64,000 bases of DNA from Lytechinus pictus. Its lineage: Eukaryota. The stretch is taken from NCBI RefSeq assembly GCF_037042905.1, contig NC_087251.1:45758001-45822000 (forward strand), read 5' to 3'. Position numbers and translations under genes: made by a program. The stretch's first letter is position 1; each line of letters starts with the position of its first letter. Shown here piece after piece: positions 61,101-64,000 of the stretch. The notes beneath the pieces are model-generated. The model worked only from the letters and a program-made list of their open reading frames with translations, was not told the DNA's origin and made no database searches.

Positions 61101-63226
61101 AATATCTTATAAATTTGTCTTTGCCAAACCCCTTGATCAATTTTCCAGGTTGTATGATTAATTGTTTTTGAAATATTTAAATCATGCTTAAAGGACAAGT
61201 CCACCCCAACAAAAAGCTATTTGAATAGAAAGAGAAAAATCAAACAAGCATAACACTGAAAATTTCATCAAAATCGGATGTAAAATAAGAAAGTTATAAC
61301 ATTTTAAAGTTTCACTTTAATTTTTCAAAACAGTTATATTCACATCCTATAGTCGGCATGCAAATTAGGGGACCGATGACATCATCCACTCACTATTTAT
61401 TTTGTATTTTATTATATGAAATATATTGATTTTCTCGTCATTGTCATGTGAAATAAAGTTTCATTATCCCCTGAACACATATAAATTCCATTATTTTAAC
61501 ATTTTGTGGTTCAAGCAAGGGGGTCCCAATTGTCGAATTCATAAAAATTGAAATATTGTATTATTCAAACAATAAAATACAAAAGAAATAGTGAGTGAGT
61601 GACATCATCGACTCTCTCATTTGCATATCACTTAGTTGAGCATAGAACTGTTTTGTGAAAAATAAGCGAAACTTTGAAATGTCATAACTTTCTTATTTTA
61701 CATCCGATTTTGATGAAGTTTTCAGCGTTATTCATGTTTGATTTTTTTCTATTTATTCAAATCAACTTTATTCTGGGGTGGACTTGACCTTTAACATATT
61801 ACTAATATTAGATGATGAGCATGTTTTTCTCCTCTTGACTATATACTAAAAACACTAAAAATAAATTGGGAGAGATAGAGAAGGGGTTGGGGGTAAGTGG
61901 GTACTATATTATTGCCTTTCTTCATTCCCCAAACAGGGCCCTGGCCCCTGGGAACGATTTTTTTTACAGGGGGTGCTGATGTAAATTTGACAAGCAAAAA
62001 AAAAGGGTTTCACTACAAAAGAATGAAGGTCATCATGGTCCCGAGAAGTTTGACATGCAAGAAAAAAGGGTTTCGCTACAAAATGAGCGTCATTTTGGTC
62101 CCGAGAAATTTGACGAGCAAAAAAAAAGAGAAAGGTTTCTATGCAAAGTGTAGGTCATTTTGGTTAGATAACTCCATTTTGTCACACCTACCCAAATTCC
62201 AGGGAGTGCTGTCTATGGAGAACGATACACGCAGCACCCCTCGGGAAAATCTTAGGGGTGCTTCAGCACCCCCACTTCCCATCGTCAAGCCCCCAAAAGA
62301 AAGTAGTTTACATATCTCTTATACGGTTATTATTGAATTGAATTTATTACCAAATATATCTCTGTCAGGTACAATTACATGGAATAGTACATCACATATA
62401 AACAAAACATTTGGTAATTGGAGCTAACATAATAGCAAGATGCTAATCGAGGTTAGCCCCAAATAATGTCATTGTCATAGTTTAAACAATGATTTTAACT
62501 AAATCTCAATATTGTACATCAAATTAAGTACTAATTCTATTATTGCTGTTGCAGAAAATTGCGATCATTTTTAGTGAACATATTTACACTATTTACAAGC
62601 AAAAATATCTCAATTATTCACAAAATCTTATTTGTTTTCAGTATTTACCATACCAAATTAATTACAATCTTCCAGTAGCATTAGTTTTAACGATTTGCTA
62701 AGTATCTTGCGACTAGGGGTGTTTCTAATATTACTTGGCAGATGATTCCATAAAGTAGGACCAGAAAATGAAATTGATTGTTTTCCCAAATTGGTATTGT
62801 TTTTGTCAAGATTAACATTTCGCTTTTCTCCATTTCTCGTATTGTAAGGATGGTCTATAAATGAAAAATAATCAATAAAACTATGCGGCAACCGATTATC
62901 AATTAAATCGTGCATAAATACTCCTATCAAATATTGGTATTGTTTGAAAAGATCATGAAATAAATGAGCAGAGTGATACGATACGTATATGGTTGAACGT
63001 CATTATTCTAGCTATTCTTTTTTGAAATAATAATATAGGGTTCAGGGTTGTTTTGCACGTCCCACCCCAAATCATTTTCTTGCATGATCATAAAGTTGTG
63101 GTCATTACTCACGAATATTTTGTGTATTTTTATTGAAGAACTACAGCGGAATACTGGCTGAATCTAAAACCAGCCGCAGGTCGCGAATGGATAAACAAGC
63201 TTGCTACTTTGGATTTGGACTATTAA
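48963..63226 (+). CDS. BHMT: Betaine-homocysteine S-methyltransferase family protein, spliced gene, 8 coding exons, 374 aa
   Basis: Exons 48963-49122, 51341-51459, 52562-52756, 54324-54471, 57293-57481, 58654-58784, 61003-61097 and 63139-63226 are GT-AG and phase-consistent (1125 nt). Motifs [66 protein letters not shown] and EYW.NL..A.GR; Zn-binding cysteines retained. Confidence 0.95.
49656..49821. mobile_element. PIF/Harbinger-like MITE
   Basis: ggggcctgttgcataaaacttt / aaagttttatgcaatgggcccc. Confidence 0.8.
50500..51331. mobile_element. Inverted-repeat DNA element with an internal 113-bp direct duplication
   Basis: ATAGCGAGTTTTCGCA / TGCGAAAACTGCCTAT ends. 50891-51003 is repeated at 51004-51116, and about 51220-51325 is an inverted copy. 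Confidence 0.7.
51341..51459 (+). CDS. BHMT: BHMT-like coding exon 2 ([26 protein letters not shown]...)
   Basis: ttacag acceptor, gtaaga donor. Confidence 0.93.
51518..51688. mobile_element. Short palindromic element
   Basis: agatcggctgtgaatagtga / tcactattcatagcagatct with AT-rich internal repeats. Confidence 0.6.
52562..52756 (+). CDS. BHMT: BHMT-like coding exon 3 ([25 protein letters not shown]...VDFLLGE)
   Basis: Pyrimidine tract plus cag acceptor, GAG|gtaatt donor. Confidence 0.93.
52769..53103. mobile_element. MITE containing a nested hairpin element (52791-52948, TA-flanked)
   Basis: Outer gggaagcgtttcatga / tgatgaaacgcacccc; inner near-perfect palindrome ccatggtcacatttg..gccgtacggcgagtcgaaaacagccgtttt. 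Confidence 0.8.
53211..53482 (+). mobile_element. Full-length tRNA-derived SINE
   Basis: A box tggtctagtgg, B box gttcgaatcc, non-tRNA body, LINE-like tail gcgccttgagcacc..tattat. Confidence 0.85.
53496..53894. mobile_element. Quasi-palindromic DNA element built from short ttcgtc/gtcta and gacgaa/gacca repeats
   Basis: Motif orientation flips near 53715. Confidence 0.6.
54324..54471 (+). CDS. BHMT: BHMT-like coding exon 4 ([16 protein letters not shown]...AVRLARA)
   Basis: ctcctag acceptor, G|gtattt donor. Confidence 0.93.
54836..55894. mobile_element. DNA element with CAGTGG..CCACTG ends hosting a SINE
   Basis: cagtggtgtaac / gtcaccactg termini, G and C runs, gctcgcgtttcgcgctcgca motif. 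Confidence 0.6.
55001..55265 (-). mobile_element. Full-length tRNA-derived SINE
   Basis: Minus strand: gctcagttggtagagcg (A box), ggttcaaaccc (B box), body, aataaaatatggatttccatttcc tail. Confidence 0.88.
55927..56231. mobile_element. Nested palindromic elements
   Basis: Inner hairpin about 55998-56159 (family of 52791) inside outer arms attgttaatg..ttgatttacgccaa / ttggcgtaaatcaa..cattaacaat. Confidence 0.75.
56600..57169. mobile_element. TTAA-flanked palindromic element (family of 61192)
   Basis: Right end tggggtggacttgtcct|TTAA; inverted arms. Confidence 0.8.
57293..57481 (+). CDS. BHMT: BHMT-like coding exon 5 ([13 protein letters not shown]...LPEFPF)
   Basis: ttgcag acceptor, G|gtgagg donor; first Zn-ligand cysteine. 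Confidence 0.94.
57697..58007. mobile_element. PIF/Harbinger-like MITE with a 3-bp ATT duplication
   Basis: ATT|ggcccatattctgaagtcgggtttaa ... ttaaacccgacttcagaatacgggcc|ATT; related fragments at 17460-17940. Confidence 0.85.
58654..58784 (+). CDS. BHMT: BHMT-like coding exon 6 (ALEPRALTR...[19 protein letters not shown])
   Basis: tttcag acceptor, GAG|gtatta donor; GGCC Zn motif. Confidence 0.95.
58810..60085. repeat. 56-bp minisatellite, about 15 core units with degenerate flanks
   Basis: Unit cactgtgtacactcactgtgaacacactacagtgtcaattacatcttcacaacatc; period 56 (e.g. 59641 to 59697). Confidence 0.92.
61003..61097 (+). CDS. BHMT: BHMT-like coding exon 7 ([15 protein letters not shown]...)
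   Basis: ttcttccag acceptor, AG|gtaaat donor. Confidence 0.88.
61192..61790. mobile_element. TTAA-flanked palindromic non-autonomous DNA transposon (Kolobok-like)
   Basis: TTAA|AGGACAAGTCCACCCCA ... TGGGGTGGACTTGACCT|TTAA; a partial end also occurs at about 44580-44653. Confidence 0.88.
62640..63085 (-). mobile_element. CR1/Crack-type LINE 3' remnant
   Basis: [35 protein letters not shown] resembles a LINE ORF2 C-terminus. Confidence 0.75.
63139..63226 (+). CDS. BHMT: BHMT-like terminal exon ([29 protein letters not shown])
   Basis: ttgaag acceptor in phase 2, EYW.NL..A.GR motif, TAA at 63224-63226. AATAAA at 63698 and 63765. Confidence 0.87.
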
Positions 63227-63231
63227 AGCCT

Positions 63232-63388
63232 GGAGAGCGTTTCATCGACATTTGTCCTCTAACAAGGAAAAGTCGTATCTGACAACTCTCATTGCTTTTG
63301 ATTGGCTGAGAAGTAAAGTTCCCATGGTATCTGGCCGATGAAAAAGATTTCCGCCACGCCCTTTTACCGTTTATGAAACGCCGGCCCC
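63232..63388. mobile_element. MITE at the start of the BHMT 3'UTR
   Basis: ggagagcgtttcatcgacattt / ttatgaaacgccggccc; same family as 37609. Confidence 0.7.
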
Positions 63389-64000
63389 GGATAAAGCTTT
63401 GATAATTAGTCGAATGTGAAGTACTCGAGTATCAAATCACACGCATTCCAATCTGACGAAAGTGCAGTCGGGCAGCCCGGTCGGGCAGTGGCATATGGTT
63501 TTTTTTTCAAACGTCGATTCTTTGTGAAAAAAAAATGATTAGCTTATATCTCTAGCAACTCGGTGTTCTCTCTCGATTATTTTTTTTCTTTAAAGGAAAA
63601 GAAGTGTCAGCCCATTCCATGCTTAAGAAGTGCTTTTGTAATTGGAAACAGAGAGAAAAATACGCAGACGTTTGATTTCGATCGAGTGTCCAATCGAAAT
63701 AAAATCGAAATAATCGAATCAATGGTATATTTTGATCCTTAGTATAGTGAACATGGCAGAAATTAATAAATGAATATAATTATTTCTTTATTTGATTTTA
63801 TTTTTATAGATGAATATATGGACGTTATGTGTGTGACTGTGTATGTATGTATTTTTTTTTTTTTATTGAATATATAGGTGTTATACACTGTAAAATAAAT
63901 TGGGTAAAATTTTTACCACCACGACGGTAACTATGTATCCAACCAATTTTGGGCAGTATTTTACATAATACGGGAAGCATATTGTCCAGTAAGGTTAAAA

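Noticed and set aside
61897..62427. 176-aa ORF
   Set aside because: Spans a repeat-like element with short internal tandem units inside a BHMT intron; no recognisable domain.

Overview
Eukaryotic, AT-rich, intron-containing DNA from an animal. The repeat families suggest an invertebrate deuterostome such as a sea urchin; this is inference. The window holds two divergent spliced genes. (1) A minus-strand FERM-domain gene most similar to FRMD8/iTAP has 12 reconstructed coding exons (36877 down to 11629, 501 aa, all GT-AG and phase-consistent) and a CpG-rich promoter near 41.1-41.7 kb. (2) A plus-strand betaine-homocysteine S-methyltransferase (BHMT)-family gene has 8 coding exons (48963-63226, 374 aa), a TATA/Inr promoter near 47.2 kb and a non-coding first exon. 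Introns and intergenic DNA contain many short palindromic DNA elements (TTAA-flanked and GGG..CCC-ended MITEs), tRNA-derived SINEs, L2/CR1 LINE remnants, minisatellites and microsatellites. No CRISPR array, rRNA or true tRNA is supported. The most notable observations are: BHMT active-site substitutions and a short C-terminus; MITEs carrying a fixed-spacing CCAAT plus RFX X-box module; and strong enrichment of TACATGTA and TAGGCCTA octamers, possibly transposon excision footprints, concentrated in the FRMD8 half. All homology calls rest on recalled motifs, not database searches.
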